A stretch of 64,000 bases of DNA from contig NW_026250404.1 in NCBI RefSeq assembly GCF_024521635.1, positions 372,001-436,000 of the forward strand, in the 5' to 3' direction. The DNA comes from Tricharina praecox. Taxonomy: Eukaryota. The notes beneath the pieces are model-generated. The model ran no database searches, had not been told where the DNA came from, and saw nothing but the letters and a program-made list of their open reading frames with translations. Below, in pieces: positions 1 through 13,700 of this stretch (positions within the stretch are counted from its first letter, which is position 1; the number at the start of each line of letters is the position of its first letter). The position numbers and the translations under genes are program-made.

Positions 1-471
1 GGCAGGCTGCAGGCTCTGATGTGTTGGTGACAAGTTGTAACGATGCGCGCGGAGAGGATTAAAAGAACGTACCGTAAAAGTAAACGGAGCGTCAATTGGT
101 TGCGGCAGTTTGTTTGGGGTCCAGGATTGGGGGGAGCCGGGGTTGGTGTAGGTGGGTATTTTTTGGAGGGTTCTGGAGGGGGATCTCTGTGTTCGAACAG
201 GCAGGGACTAGGGATAGGTAGATGTCGAAATCTCGAGCAAGTCTCTATCTCGCTTCCTCCGGCGTTTCGGCGGTGTTTCTCCCTGAATGAGCGGGCGCGG
301 GCGGTCTTCTTTTTTGGGGGCGGGAGAGGAGGTTCTTTTTCTTCTTGGGACACCTGGGTCTCGTCGAGGTCTATGGTACTGAAGATCGATATTGGCGCAA
401 CTTCCCGTTATTGTTTCCCGCCAAAGCAGCGTGTATGAGGTAGGATTGGATGATTGCTAGATGTAGGAATC

Positions 472-706
472 CTGGTACGGAGTGGAAGACAGGCTTATTA
501 GCATCGCTCTTCTATTCGTGTACGGGTTGGGTGGTGGGTGGTGGTGGTAGGTGGGTGGTGGGTGGTGGTAGCGGTGGGTAGTGGTGGGAGGGTGCTGAGT
601 TGGGTGGGGAGGTGCGGGATGTGCACACACACAGGAAAAAAAAACGACTGGGTGATGCGCTGGCACCGCGAGTTTGCTTGCTGCAACCGCCAACACGACA
701 ACATAC
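472..706 (-). other. Putative intron in the 5' leader of a minus-strand gene lying left of the window
   Basis: Minus-strand donor GTATGT at 706, branch-like GCTAAT at 502-497, pyrimidine tract and CAG acceptor ending at 472. No convincing CDS lies around it. A second, weaker intron (GTACGT at 72, CAG at 16) may follow. Confidence 0.35.
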
Positions 707-1664
707 CTTGACCTGACTTGTCACTGCCGATCTGAGTCTTGCGGCGAGGAAGAGACAGAGAGAGCAGAGAGAGAGAGAACGAGTCTTCTTTTTTTCTTCT
801 TCTTTTATTTTTTCCTTTTTCTTTCCTTCGCTTTCCACTTCTGGTGACTACCAGCACGCCAGACAGACAGACATACGACTCCGCCTCCACAGTGTGACGA
901 GTATTTTTATATATTTTTTACTTGGAAGGGAGGGGGGGTGGGAATGCTTGTGCTGTCCGTCACTGTCTTGTCGCGCTGGCGGCCCTGGTGGTGGTGATGG
1001 TGGTGGTGGTCCGGCCCGGTGCTATCAGTTGCTGTTGCTGGATTACCCGTCTAAGCAAGTGGGTGGAGCAGACAGGGCACGTAATTGAGGGCAGTGATGG
1101 TGATGATGGTTTAGGTGGTAGTGTAAGTGGTGATGCTGGTGGTGGTGGTGATGATGATGATGACAATCGTGGTGGCAGTGGTTGTATAGGCGAGGGTTGA
1201 GCTGTTGTGCGAGAATGCTTTTACTGCCCGATGACGGCCGACTAGCAGGCCAGGTAAGGTCTGGCAGACCGAGAGACAGACAGGCAGGCAGGCAGGGCAG
1301 GCAGGCAGGCGAGTGAGCAGGGTATGGCAAGTAGAGTAGAGATGGTAAGTATGGTGTCTATGCTTGCTATGTATCTGGCCGGAGCGGTGGTGCAGCAGCA
1401 GCGGCGATGAGATCTCTGGGGTTGGTGCGTGGGTTGGTGCGTGAGTGGTGGTAGTCAAGATAGTGGAGGTCTCGGTGGTGGTGGTGGCGGTGGTGGGTTA
1501 GGATGCGTGGTGGTGGTGGGCGTGCGTACGCGCGGAAGCTGGTCGGGTTGGCAGGCGTGTCGGTCAGCGGAGGAGACAGGCACGTAGGCAGGCAGCAGGC
1601 GGCAGGCGGTAAGTTTGAGAGGTAAGTAAGCAGCGTGAGGCAGGGTTGGTGAGCGGGCGTGAGA

Positions 1665-1674
<10 letters not shown>

Positions 1675-1731
<57 letters not shown>
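1675..1731. repeat. (GA)n microsatellite
   Basis: Uninterrupted GA dinucleotide run of about 28 units; it explains the RERE/SLSL ORFs. Confidence 0.95.
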
Positions 1732-1734
<3 letters not shown>

Positions 1735-3736
1735 AGTTATGGAGCGTGCACGGGGTTGTGGGGCGGACTAGAGTGTGTGCTTCGGGCGGGAGGAGGGAGA
1801 TGGGTGGTAGTGAATGGGCAGTGGGGTGGGAGGTGGGTGGGGCGGTGACGGCGGGCGTGTCGTGATGGTGGTGGTGGTGCTGATGCCGATGCACGAGGAC
1901 AGCGGGCTTTCCGGGGCGGGCGGGTGGGTGGATGGATGGGCTCGAGTCTCGACTGTCTGTCTTTCGTTTCCCGAATGTATGCATACATACGTTTGTGCGG
2001 GCGTCCAAGTTTACGGTAGTTCATGTTCGACAGCTCCGAGCGAATCTCGATCGGGTTTAGGCGGTCGGCAATCACCAGAACGAGCGAACCGAGAAAAAAA
2101 ATAAAAAAGCAGCAGCCCCAAGCTCTGTTTGTTCGCGCGGATATGGCTGGTCTCGAATTTCCAAAATGTGGGAATTGGTAGCAGCGCAGTCACCTGGGGG
2201 CTGATCCGACCAGTTAAAATGAAGAAATGCCGCAGACTCACACCACACAGCAGGCGTACCAGCCTTACGGAACGCGGCGTGCGACAGGGAGACGATGCAC
2301 ATTGGGGACCGAGAGCAATAATGGGATGTGTGGGGGAGGGCAGCAGGCAGGCAGGCAGGCAGGCGTGGGTGGGGGGTGATGGTGGAGGGGTGGATAGCTC
2401 GAGAGGGAGGGGGGAAGGGGGGGGGGGCTGGGTGAGGGCGAATCAGAGCCGGATGCGCCCACTCTTCTTTCCGCAGCAAGATCGTGTGGGTGCGCTGTGA
2501 TTGGCTCGCGAAGGGGAAGGTGGTTGGCTGTGCGACCGGTGAGTTGGCATCCCATTGGGCGAGCCGAGCGCCAGGGACCACCGCAAAATTAGGACGATGA
2601 GACTCGATGGGCAGCAAAAGTGGCTAGGGTCGAGTAGGTACTAGAGTAGTAGTAGGAGTGAAAGGCAGCGGAATCAGCAGGGCGGGATGTCGAAATGCTG
2701 CACAGCTTGCGGGCAGCGGGCAGGGCAGATCGAGAGGGAGGGAGGGACGGAGAGAGGGAGGAGTGGTTGGAAGCGGCGGCGCAGGCGGTGGTGGCGGCGT
2801 GAGCGGCGCAGGCGGTACATACCATAGTGCATAATTGATGGAGGCGGTGGCGGCTTGTTGGTTGGTCGTGCGTCGGCCCGTGACCGGGCGAGTGCGTGTA
2901 TACCTGGTACCTAGTACCCAGTAGTGCCTAGTACCCAGTAGTACCTAGTACAATGTAGACATAAGCACTCAGTTATCGGGCTCTCATGCGTGCTCGGACG
3001 ATGTGCACGCGGGGGCAGCAGCAGCAAGTTGCAAGTCACCCCGTCGTCGACGTCGCCGCTCCCGGCCGCCCTGGCCTGGCCGCCCCCTCCTCACCCCCCC
3101 CCCCCCCCCATCTGGAATCCGAACAGCCACACTCGGACGTGGTCGGCTGCGATTGGTCCCAGCGTTTGTTGAGAGGCGAATGGATGCAGCGACCACCCAC
3201 TACGGTACATACCAGGTACTTGCTCTAGGCACCCCTCGATGTGAGCATGTACCGTAGTGTACCCTTACGGCCAAGGTATGTATGCCATGTACTTACTTGG
3301 GGCCATGTCCGCGAGCTCTGTATGTTGTGTGTGTGTACTCTATCTCTGTGTGTATCTGTGTACATGTGGCCCCGTCGTCATCTGTGAACAGCCCGGCCTG
3401 CAAAGTTGCCAGTGTCTGCAGTGCGTGGAACGTGCATGAATGGGATCCTTCCGCGCATGTTCCAGAAGCAACGCACCTCTCTCTGCACACGGGCGTCATA
3501 GTACCTCCCACCTCCCACCACTAGAGTAGAGTACTCGATCACAACGCCAGATTCGCTCGATCAACCCGTGTGAACCCGGTCGACAGTACGGAAGAGAGAG
3601 AGGGAGTATACACAATATGGTATGGTAAACAGAGCCCAACAAACAAACGAATGAATGGACAACAAACAACAAACAAATAAATGGAAAAACAAATAATAAA
3701 TTAATAAATGCAAAATTACCCCAAATCGCGGCCCAC

Positions 3737-4150
3737 AATGGCCCGAATTCGGAAACCCTATTCGCGCAGAATGGAGACTGTAAAAGTCAATCAACTTCAA
3801 TCTACCCCCGAATTTAAAAACCCTATTCGTGCAGAATGCTGTACCAAGAAAGCAGTTAATCTGCACCGAGTCCCGACAACGAAAAACCTAGCCTTATCCC
3901 GAACTCGAAAACCCTATGCAACTCGAAAACCCCATTCGCACTGAATGCCTTAATCTGCCCCGAGTCCCGACAATGAAATACCTAGCCTTGTCCCGAACTC
4001 GAACCCCCCATTCGAGAACCCCATTCGCGCAGAATGCCTTAATCTACCCCGACAACAAGATAGTCTTGTCCCGACTTCGAAAACCCCATTCACGCTGAAT
4101 GCCTTATATGTAGTAATCTGCCCCCGAGTCCCGACAACGAAATGGCCCAT
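3737..4150. repeat. Degenerate minisatellite, possibly transposon-derived
   Basis: Recurring modules AAACCCYATTCGCRCWGAATGC, TAATCTRCMCCGAGTCCCGACAA and CCTAGCCTTRTCCCGAACTCGAA, repeated 3-5 times with ~70-95 bp spacing. Confidence 0.8.
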
Positions 4151-4819
4151 GTCCTCCCACCCTATTGATTGAGCGCGCTTCCTCCTCCGCACACACGTGC
4201 TGAGTACAGTACAATGCCGGTGGAAATATAATTAAAATAAAATAAAATAAAAACAGAAAGAGCACAACTCTCAACCAGCTGGCTGTCGTCAGCCCGTTCG
4301 TCCGTCCATCCGTTGAGGTCGAGCTCGAGGCGCACTCGGCCCGCTGGCGAGATACTGGCGGGATTACCCAGAGCATCGGCCAGCGAATGGCTTCTCCCCG
4401 CCGCATCGAAGGCGCTCACCAGTCACGTCGGTGCCCGTTTCATCACGCCGAGTCGCCGAGTCGTCGTCGCCCACCAGCGTCGAAAATGAAACTCAGCTCC
4501 GGTTTCGAACTCTTGATATGGAAGCGCGCGCTCGCTATCGGTTGATTAGAGTATCATGTGACCCTGCCGCGCTGGGAGCCTGGGACCGCCGTATGTGCGT
4601 CGCATATCGGTTTTCGGGTTTCGGTTGAGCGGAGCTACTACTCTAGGTAGGTAGTACTAACTATACTAGGTAGTGCACTGCAGGTGGTGGCCGGTGGCGG
4701 CGGCGGTGACGGCGGCGTAGGGCCGGGAGTGGAGGCGGGGGCCGGGGGAGGAGGCGGCGACAGCGGCGGCACCTCTGCTTGACGTGCAGTTAGGGACTTG
4801 GATAGCATACATAATACTA

Positions 4820-5580
4820 GAGGTCCTCAAACCTTGCCGGGTGATCTGGCCGGCCGGAAACCCATCAAGACAGATTAACCAATAACGATGTCCAGCCATG
4901 AAATTCGGGTTTGAGGAGCTTGCCCTGCGGGGCTGGGTGGCCAGGTGATTAGCTCCGAGTACATTCAGGGTACATCCCTGACTTCTGAGCCCTTTCTACA
5001 CCACCCAGTCCTCCTGCCCGCTGACTGGAATCAATCCTGCTCGATGACTGGAGTCAATCCTGCTCGGTGACTGGAGTCAATACTGCTCGGTGACTGGAGT
5101 CAATCCTGCTCGGTGACTGGAGTCAATCCTGCTCGGTGACTGGAGTCAATCCTGCTCGGTGACTAGTCATTACTTTAATGACTCCAACTGTGCAAGTTGA
5201 TTGACTCTTGCAATGCGGTATCTGTACCCATACTAATGTATTCCCATGTGTATGAGGTATGTCGCCAGCTTGCTAGGTGTAATCGCTTGCTGAGTCGCAC
5301 ATCCTCTTCGCCATCACCGGGTTCAAAAATGGAGTCGATTGTCGTTTGCGCGCGGATATTGGAGTCGAGCAACTCGAGCACAAATTTTTTCTTGATCCCG
5401 GAAACTACTCACAACGAACCAAAGGCAAGCTAGAGGCGAGCTAGAGTTCCTGAAGTCACCCAGACAACTTTTTCTGAGCTGGAGGAAGTAGCGGTGCCGA
5501 GAAACCTGAAAGATCGCCAAACCAATAGAAACACCTAATCACCTAGCTGGCCAGGTCACCCAGCAAGGTTTGAGGACCTC
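4820..5580. mobile_element. Non-autonomous DNA transposon/MITE with ~35 bp TIRs and TA target-site duplication (Tc1/mariner-type signature)
   Basis: Left end GAGGTCCTCAAACCTTGCCGGGTGATCTGGCCGGC (from 4820) matches the reverse complement of the right end (to 5580) with 3 mismatches. TA flanks both ends (4818-4819, 5581-5582). No intact transposase inside. Confidence 0.85.
5022..5169. repeat. 23-bp tandem repeat (6 copies plus partial) inside the MITE
   Basis: Unit TGACTGGAGTCAATCCTGCTCGG starts at 5022, 5045, 5068, 5091, 5114 and 5137, ending in TGACTAGTCA. Confidence 0.95.
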
Positions 5581-7106
5581 TACTATGCTTTACTGGGTAT
5601 ATGTAGCCCCGCTTCATGCAGCAAATCCCCGCCCCCCCGCTCCTGTCGCCGCATGATCACCGCCGGGCATCGTCCGCACACAGACGCCTGCGGCCTCCCC
5701 TGCCCCCTCCCCCGGTGTCGAGCGGGTCACGCACTCAACTGTAAGTGGAGTAGCGGACCCACTCTCTAGACTCTAAAGTCCTCTAGCTTGGAGATTGGGG
5801 AAAGAAAGAAAGAAAGAAAGAAAAGAAAAGAAAAGTAAAAGGCGATCCTCGAATATTAATTGGCGGATCGTCCCCCTCGCAGTGCCAATTGGGCGTGCAC
5901 TGTGCAGGGTTCCACTGGTATGATATTTATCTGGACAGTGGGTACTCTCCATAGCCGCAAGGAACGTGACAACGCCGGCGCCTCCCGAACGTCGCTTTTG
6001 CTCAATCTCAAACTCAAACCTTTCGGCTCCGTCAATTCTATATACATACCCCCGCCTCCAATCCCATCGGTAGAGTAGGTACTCTACATAACTAGAAGTA
6101 CTTGCATGTGCTATCTCGTCCTGCCCTTGACGCGAGAGATCCCATGGGCCATGGAGCATGGCTGATCAATCCCTCCCTTCCTCATTCGCTCCCAGCAATT
6201 CACATCTACATCTTACCTTACCTGCTACGCCAACCGCTCCCAGCCGAAACTGGGAAACGATCGTCAGCCTCACCGCTTTTCCTCCTCCTCCTCCTCCTCC
6301 TCCTACAATGCCCAAACCACGTGGATGTTGGGAGCCCTACCTTGGTATGTAAATATGTAATTCGCTTGGGCGCTTGTTGCAGAAGCTATCTACCACATGC
6401 CCTTCCAACAACAATAACAACAATAGGTAGAGTACTATAGCTGATGCTGCCTTCCCCGGCGCCGCGAAAAGCAACACTCTCTCCCTCCTACCTAGCCCCT
6501 CCTCTCTCGATGGAATCTACGAGTTTCATGCCCAGTCCTCCGTTGGTTCCTGGCATATTCCCCGGGTATGTAGAGTACGTTGGTAGGGCAACGGGTTACG
6601 GTGCAGCCAGGCATCACAATCATGCGTGGCGCGAGTTTCAACAGGGAATGATTTGATGTTATGCGATGTAGAGTAGGTATACCTCTATATCTCTATATCT
6701 CTATATCTCTATATCTCTATAGTATGATAGAGTACAGAAGTTGGGCGGGCGGGCGGTAATTCTCGCAGATGGTGCATTAGTGCCAAGGGACATGGGGGGA
6801 TTTGGAAGTGGACGGTGGAAGTGGAAGTTGGGGGAATGCGGTTTCTACGGAAAATTATGTATCCGGGCGGGATGTAGGAAGTATCCATGTGAGATGCATA
6901 TAACTGCCATACGGTGCATACTTGGGTACACCTTCAAGGTTCACTGTTCACATGTCTGGCGACTCGCGAGGGCCAAGTGCCTAATGCCTATATTATACCC
7001 ACTTAAGTCCTCCTGTACGGTGTACCTATGATGTACAATCTACCGTAGGCAGGCACTTCTGCCTATTGCCAAAAAATAAAAAAAATGGTACATATGATAT
7101 GACTTA

Positions 7107-7708
7107 GGTCCAGTTTGGTTCGCAGCTGCAGTTTAGAAATCTGCAGTTTAACGAGTTGAAGGTTGGCCAAGCTGCAGTTCCAAACTCTCAACTCCCCTGA
7201 TGACCGTTCGGCAACCCAGATATTCGACAGCACGCCACACTTGTACTTTTTTTTGGACTTCGGGGCTACGTCAGAAAACCATAACTAGCTTTTTACAGCG
7301 ACGAGGTGGCCCTTCCGGTCACTTGGGGAATGCCTCCTCCCATCTCACAACGGCGGCTCCTCCTCTGCACCGTACCAGCAAGTGACTCCTCCTATTCACA
7401 GTCACAACGGAGGAACCGTAGAACGTGGCCGGTGTCGGACATCGTAGGCGTAATGAAGAGGGACGATGGTGAGGTCGACTACGGTGGGGTTGACTACGGG
7501 GGCGATACTGGCATGTACTGCTGGTGGTTGTCCATGTGTAAAGTTTATTTGTACTTACTGTGGCTCAGTCGACAATCTGCAGTTTCTCGAGTTGTCAACT
7601 TGGGGTGGTGTGCCAAACAGGCACTCATTCGGGGAAGTTGACGGTTCGAAACTGCAGCTCACTTTTTGTGTGGTAGATTCAAACTGCAGCTGCGAACCAA
7701 ACTGGGCC
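7107..7708. mobile_element. Tourist/PIF-Harbinger-like MITE (28 bp TIR, TTA target-site duplication)
   Basis: TIRs GGTCCAGTTTGGTTCGCAGCTGCAGTTT (7107-7134) and AAACTGCAGCTGCGAACCAAACTGGGCC (7681-7708) differ by 1 mismatch. TTA flanks both sides (7104-7106, 7709-7711). A second subterminal inverted block lies at ~7170-7200 / 7629-7659. Confidence 0.88.
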
Positions 7709-10700
7709 TTACTCTACTTGCCTACCGAGATCTCCATGCATACGTCGCGCGCGCTCGAAACCATCCTGCACATGGTACACATGGTACTCACGCACATATG
7801 CATCCAGGTACGGCCCGGTGCGGTGCGGTACGGGGCGGTGTGGTACGGTAAGGTAAGGTACGGGGCGGTACTTTCGAGCGAACGAGCGAGCGAGATGAGC
7901 CCGACATCCTGACATCCCTCCACGGCAGTGCTATAAACCACATGCCGTACCATACGGTGGAGTACCTATTACAATTTACAGGTAGGTTGGTTGGTACTTA
8001 AGCAAGTGCTTGAGCACCTCCGTGCTCACCACTGCGATATCCGTCCGTCGTTCCAACTTCCGTCCGCCCGTTCGTCTCCCCGCGTGGCCGGGCGGCCGTT
8101 GGAGTACGGTATGTACGGTAGAGTATGTACGGAATCTTCTCCTTCCCTTCTCCTTCCCTTCTGCTTCTGCTTCCCTTCCGCTTCCCTACCTGTTCCTCGC
8201 AGCGTTCATCTCCACTGCTACCGGTTATACCTACCATCCTACCCAGGAACGAGATGAGTCCTCCTACAAACCCTACCCTACCCTAGATACCCTACTCCAC
8301 TATACATACCCAGGCCTCATCTCCGATCCAACAAATGCCGCTGCGCTGATCCTTGTGTGAGTGCGGATGGTGTGTGAGCGTTTACTCTACATATGAGTGT
8401 GTATGAGTGAGTGAGTGAGTGGGGGGAGGAAGGTTTCGCCCTGCGGAGCGAACGTGGACGGTAGAGTACATATCCCATGGCACTTACATATTCCTTACAT
8501 ATCATACCTGCCACCTACGGTGGGATTCGGAAACAATAGCAAATAAACAAAACCGAAAAACTGAAAAAACCAACACGAAAACGAAAATGACAAACGAAAA
8601 GACCCCACATGCCAACTGCCAACCCTCGGATGTAGAGTATGCCAAATGATGTGTGATGTGTAATGTGTGATGTGTAATGGGTAATTACAAAGACTGACTG
8701 ACGGACGGCTGGCGATATAACGAAGACGATGCTGCTGCTACTGGATTCACGTCTCGCACTCGCTCTTTAGCCTTCAGGGGATGGACGACTCACGAGATGC
8801 AGACGGTCAAGGTCAAGAAATGAGCACGAGTGTTACGATACTCTACTAGTATTCCAGATACCCGTAGGCCATCACCAATTGAAGACATACGACTAGATAT
8901 GCCCCCCACATTGACATGTCATAATGGGCCCCACGTGTACAAACAAGACGAGACGAGATCGAGCGGCGATGTTCATCCGGGTCAAATTTGGCAAAACAAA
9001 ACAACACAACAAAACAACACAACAAAACAAAAAACAAAAAACAGAAAACAAAAAACAAAAACACCCCACTGCACCCCGGCTTGTACCACCGTATCTCTAC
9101 CCCCTCCCCTCGAGCTAGAGTAACTGGGGTAATGACATTGGTAGGCTAGGTAGGCTACGCTGCGGAATTGTAAGTAGGAAAGTAGGCAGGCAAGAGTAGG
9201 CAGGCAGATACCCAGTAAAGGAGAGTAATCCATGGCCCGTCCGTATATCATCATGCCGCCGCAGTCCACTCCACCTACATATCTACCGCCGCCTAGGTAT
9301 GCATACTCTACATATCTACCGTACCAAATCAACCGAAATGAAGACATTGCCGCAGCAGCAGCATATGTAGAGCATGTGCATACCGATAGCCGACCTAACC
9401 CAACCCAACCCAACATAGACGAAGGTGGAGTGCCCTAATGTAGAGTAGGTAGAGCAGAACAGAGCAGAGGAGAGAAGGTATGCGTATCATGCCCGACTCT
9501 GGTAGGAGGCAGGCAGGCAGAGCATATGGGGAGAGGCGAGGCGAGGCGGATGGGGGGATGGGGGCGAGAGAGATTACATACGGGCGGTACGGAAATACAT
9601 ACCAAATGTATTCTCGGTATGTATTTGCGTACATATGTCTGATTTCTTTTACATACGATGGTATGATTATACGAAAGGCCCCCCGGCTAAGGTGGTTACT
9701 ATTGTACCAACAGTAGAGTACTGTAGATACTGTAGAGTGCACTGTGCATATCAGATCGTATCAGATCTGATCAGATCTGATCATTGATGTTGTACGGTAC
9801 GGTACTAGTATATATGGCATGTATGGTCTAGCGCCTGGCGCCCTACCTACATATTAGCATAGAATAGTAGAGAGGACTAATCGGTACATGCATGCTTTAC
9901 TCGTCGTCGTCGCCCTCCTCTCCTCCTCATCCTCCACCTCCTATGCCCAAGTACTGGTATGTATCATACGCTCCTCCGAATCGTGCGGAAATAAAATAGA
10001 TAATAATAATAATAAAGCAAATGCCCATCGACCGGCCAGCCCACTTTTTAAGTGAGTACGTGACCCCGGCCGCCGCCCGACGGCGCGCCGAGGAATCGAG
10101 GCTGGATGGGCTTCTGGCATCTCTTCTGGCGTCGGCGTCGGCGTGGTCTCAGACACAGACTCACTCACGGACTCACGGTCATGGCCATGTGTGCCCAATA
10201 GTAAGCGAGCAATCCGTATCGAGAGGCAATGATCTGCACCGGGGTCCTGGGGAGGGCATGGGCATGGGCGTGGGCATGGGCATGGGCACTGGGCACTGGG
10301 CGGAGAGAAGGACGGATGCAACTGACATGTTGTTTCCGTAGCAATCACTCGGTTGGTTGGTCGACGGTTGTTTCAATTTCTTTCGAAATCCGACGGGTGG
10401 AAATACATTACATTACAAAGTGTGTACGGCACTTGAGTGTGGACAAAAATACCTACGTAATCAATCCCAGGTATTTTCGGTATCAGCCAACCTCCGCGGT
10501 TTGGGTCTGTGTGTCTGCGTGTGTGTGTGTAAATACCAGTGTAAACTTGTACCGGTATCGCACAAGACACGCTCAAGATAGAAACAGGCTGCGGATTGAA
10601 TCGAGCGTGGACACTGGAACCGTGTCGTCTGAGGGAATCGCCCGCCTTGCGATCTTGAGACCAATCTGCGCATCGGCCTGTCGACTGGGAACGGTTCAAC

Positions 10701-13700
10701 GTCCACTCTTAGCCCGTTACTCCGCCCTCAGGCATGTATCTACCAGGTATATGATCGGGCGGCATCTACTGGTCTGGCCACCCGCTGATGCCCACCGGCT
10801 GGATACCTAGCTACCAAGTTACTTACCTACTCACCTACCTGGCCGTGATGGATACTTTCCTGGCATGTGAAAGGAAAGCCGTTAATCTCCCCCCAGCCGG
10901 GAAGCAGAATGACACTTGCAACGGGCCCCAAATTGTGCCAACACCGATCGGCCGGAGGGCAGACATCATCGTCGTCACCATCTTGGTCTGTAAGTACCCA
11001 AGTACCTACCAACTCGTCCCTGCATACATACATACAACGCAGTCGTGGCCCGTAGTCCCGTTCGATCCAGACTTGGTGTGTGCATTATCCCAACCCCACC
11101 TCGTATCAGACTGCCGCTGTTAGTTAATGCGTGCTGTCGGCGGAGAACATGAAACCTCCTACTCCTCCTCCTCCTCCCCCCCCTCCCACTTGCACCTACC
11201 TCGTTGCAAACGAGACATTCCCGATTCCGAATCGATCTTCCCACCACCTAGACACCTCTACGCACGGTTCGAGTACCCAGTACTCAACGTATTCCCCTGC
11301 CGTGATTGGCCCCCGATCGTGAACCCCCCCCCTCCATTATGCTTCTTTCGTCCCTTTTTTCCCTCCCCTTCCCGGGGGTTTTAGTTACTTGCTTTCGAAA
11401 ACAAAATGGGATGGATGGATGGGTGGATGGAACCATTCGAAAAGAAAGAAAAGAAAAGAAAAAGAAGAAAAAAACCCAAGCGTGTCTGTCTATCGAGAAA
11501 CTCTCCTCATCTTTTTCATGCGCAGCAGTAAGCAAGCAGATATGTTTCCGTTCCCTCCCGTCCCACAAATAAATGCTGGCGGGCGGGCGGCAGTGGATTA
11601 CGTACATACTGGGGCTGGACTGCCGGCATGAATGATGAGCGAGCGTGGTCCTGCCTGCCTGCCTGCCTGCTTGCCTGCCTGTCTGTCTGGCGGTTAGCAA
11701 ATCGTTAGAATGCTTGTGGCCTTGTGGCATGACATCGAGAGCGGGGAAGTGATGGTGACTTCGGACTGTGAGGGGACCCCTCCTCCGGCCTCCATCCAGA
11801 TTCCATCCATCCATCCTTCCTTCGGCTGTGGGCCCTCTGTACTGTACAACACGCTGCCTGGGGCTCTTGAAACGAGGAGCCATTGTCCAGTAGCCGGAGC
11901 GTAGGGCTCAACAGCTAGGGAGCTCGACTCATACTCGTCGTACGCTACTACTGTTACTGACTTCTCCGGAAGGAAAGCCCTCCAAAGGCATTGCCCAGTG
12001 GGCAGCTGGCTGCGGACTCACCCCTCGTGGTGGTGGAGGCGGTATGTACCTCTCAGCGGAATGCGCACTCCGGGACTGAGAACAAAAGTCCAAGGTCTCC
12101 AAGGCGGTACCACCCACATGCTGATAGCACGATCGGTATGGTTGCTTTTGCTTTCTCAGCCAGGACGCCGATAGACAGAGATAGCCAGCCAGCCAGCCAG
12201 CCAGCCAGCCTCCGGGACGACGTACCCTACTCTACTGGACTTGTGCAACCCTCGTCAGTGATCAGGCTCACGGGGAGCGGGCAGGTATGTAGGTCATTTC
12301 GGACGGGCTACATACTAGGACGGAGGGGGGGGGAGGAGTTACGCATAGGCAAGTAGGTATGTAAGTAGGTGTTCGAGTGGACACTACCACCAACTGCCAG
12401 GACCATCCTTCCGTGCGGGCATTCCACTTCAGACATCCCCCACCGGGGGCAGCGAGAGCTGAGGGGCGGAAGGTCTAGACGGGCCAAGCCGTCTCGATTC
12501 ACGCGGAGGCTGGTAGGGTGTACATACGATACGTACTCGACAAGTATCCTCACGAGCCGTACGTACTTGACTCCGCGCAAGCACAGGCCGTGCTCTTGCT
12601 GTAGCTGGATTTACACAGGCTGGATGGATGGGTGGATGGGTGGATGGGTGGATGGAGGGATGAAGGGATGGAGGGATGGATGGACGGACGGCACCCACAC
12701 CGGTCGGGCACGGGGTGTGGCCCCGGAAACGTCAGACTCCACGTATGTATGTGTGTAGTAGAGTATACTCAGTGCGCCTCATGGATGTTGACTCACTCAC
12801 CGCTCGCCCAATGGGATCGGCCGCGGGCACTGGCCAATGGCGGGTGCATACTGACTGGAATGCAGTGATATCCGGACAGGTAACTATCTCTTGCATAGGC
12901 CACCCCAGCCCCCAATGCAAGCCACCGGAAAGCGGAAGGGCGTGGAGGGCAGCCTCGCGCTATTGGGCTGCGAGTGGGCGTTCTTGTCCCGCGCTCCTCA
13001 GCCGCTGTCGCGCCTAGCGCGTCTATGGTACGCCCCTATCGTGAGGTGACATAACTGGCGACGGCGCTTGGATGATGGTGGGTTGTGCTCGGGTTTGCTA
13101 GTTAAGTACTAGTGGTTGCTGATGGGACGTAGATGCTGAATCATGAAATTTGGTGGGCTTGCTCGCTTGACGATTGATGACATGCTGGGTAGACGTTGTG
13201 GCTACTGACTTGGGTCTAGTTCGAGGAGGATCGTGTTGAGACACCGAATCGACGACGGTGCCTAAAACGTTGAGGGACTTTGTGGGCAGCTTGTTACAGA
13301 CAGAGCTCGAGTACCAATGGCAAGTCTGAGCATTCATTGCGAAGCAGTGACTAGCCTTCCACGATTCCAAGCTCACGACACTACCCTCTCTTCTACTCCC
13401 ACCTACATACCAACATTCCAAGCCATACCTATCATTTCATCTCCGAGTTCTCAATGGCAAATACCTCCCCTCGAGATCCGTGGCTTTTACAAATGTGGCT
13501 TACCGAAGGAATCGTCCGACGCAGCGTACACCTTGCTGCGGGGCTGATTGGAGAATACCTACATACATACCAGAAGGCGAGCGGCCAGCGATCAAGCTCT
13601 TCAACAGCACGGGCAACTTGAGGTTTCACCTCTGGAAGCATCTCTACCCGCACATCCTCCCAAGGCGGACGAGCTTGCCTCGACTCCAATATTCTTGCTT

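Noticed and set aside
5022..5169. CRISPR-like array
   Set aside because: Units are head-to-tail with no unique spacers, there are no cas genes, and the context is eukaryotic and inside a MITE.
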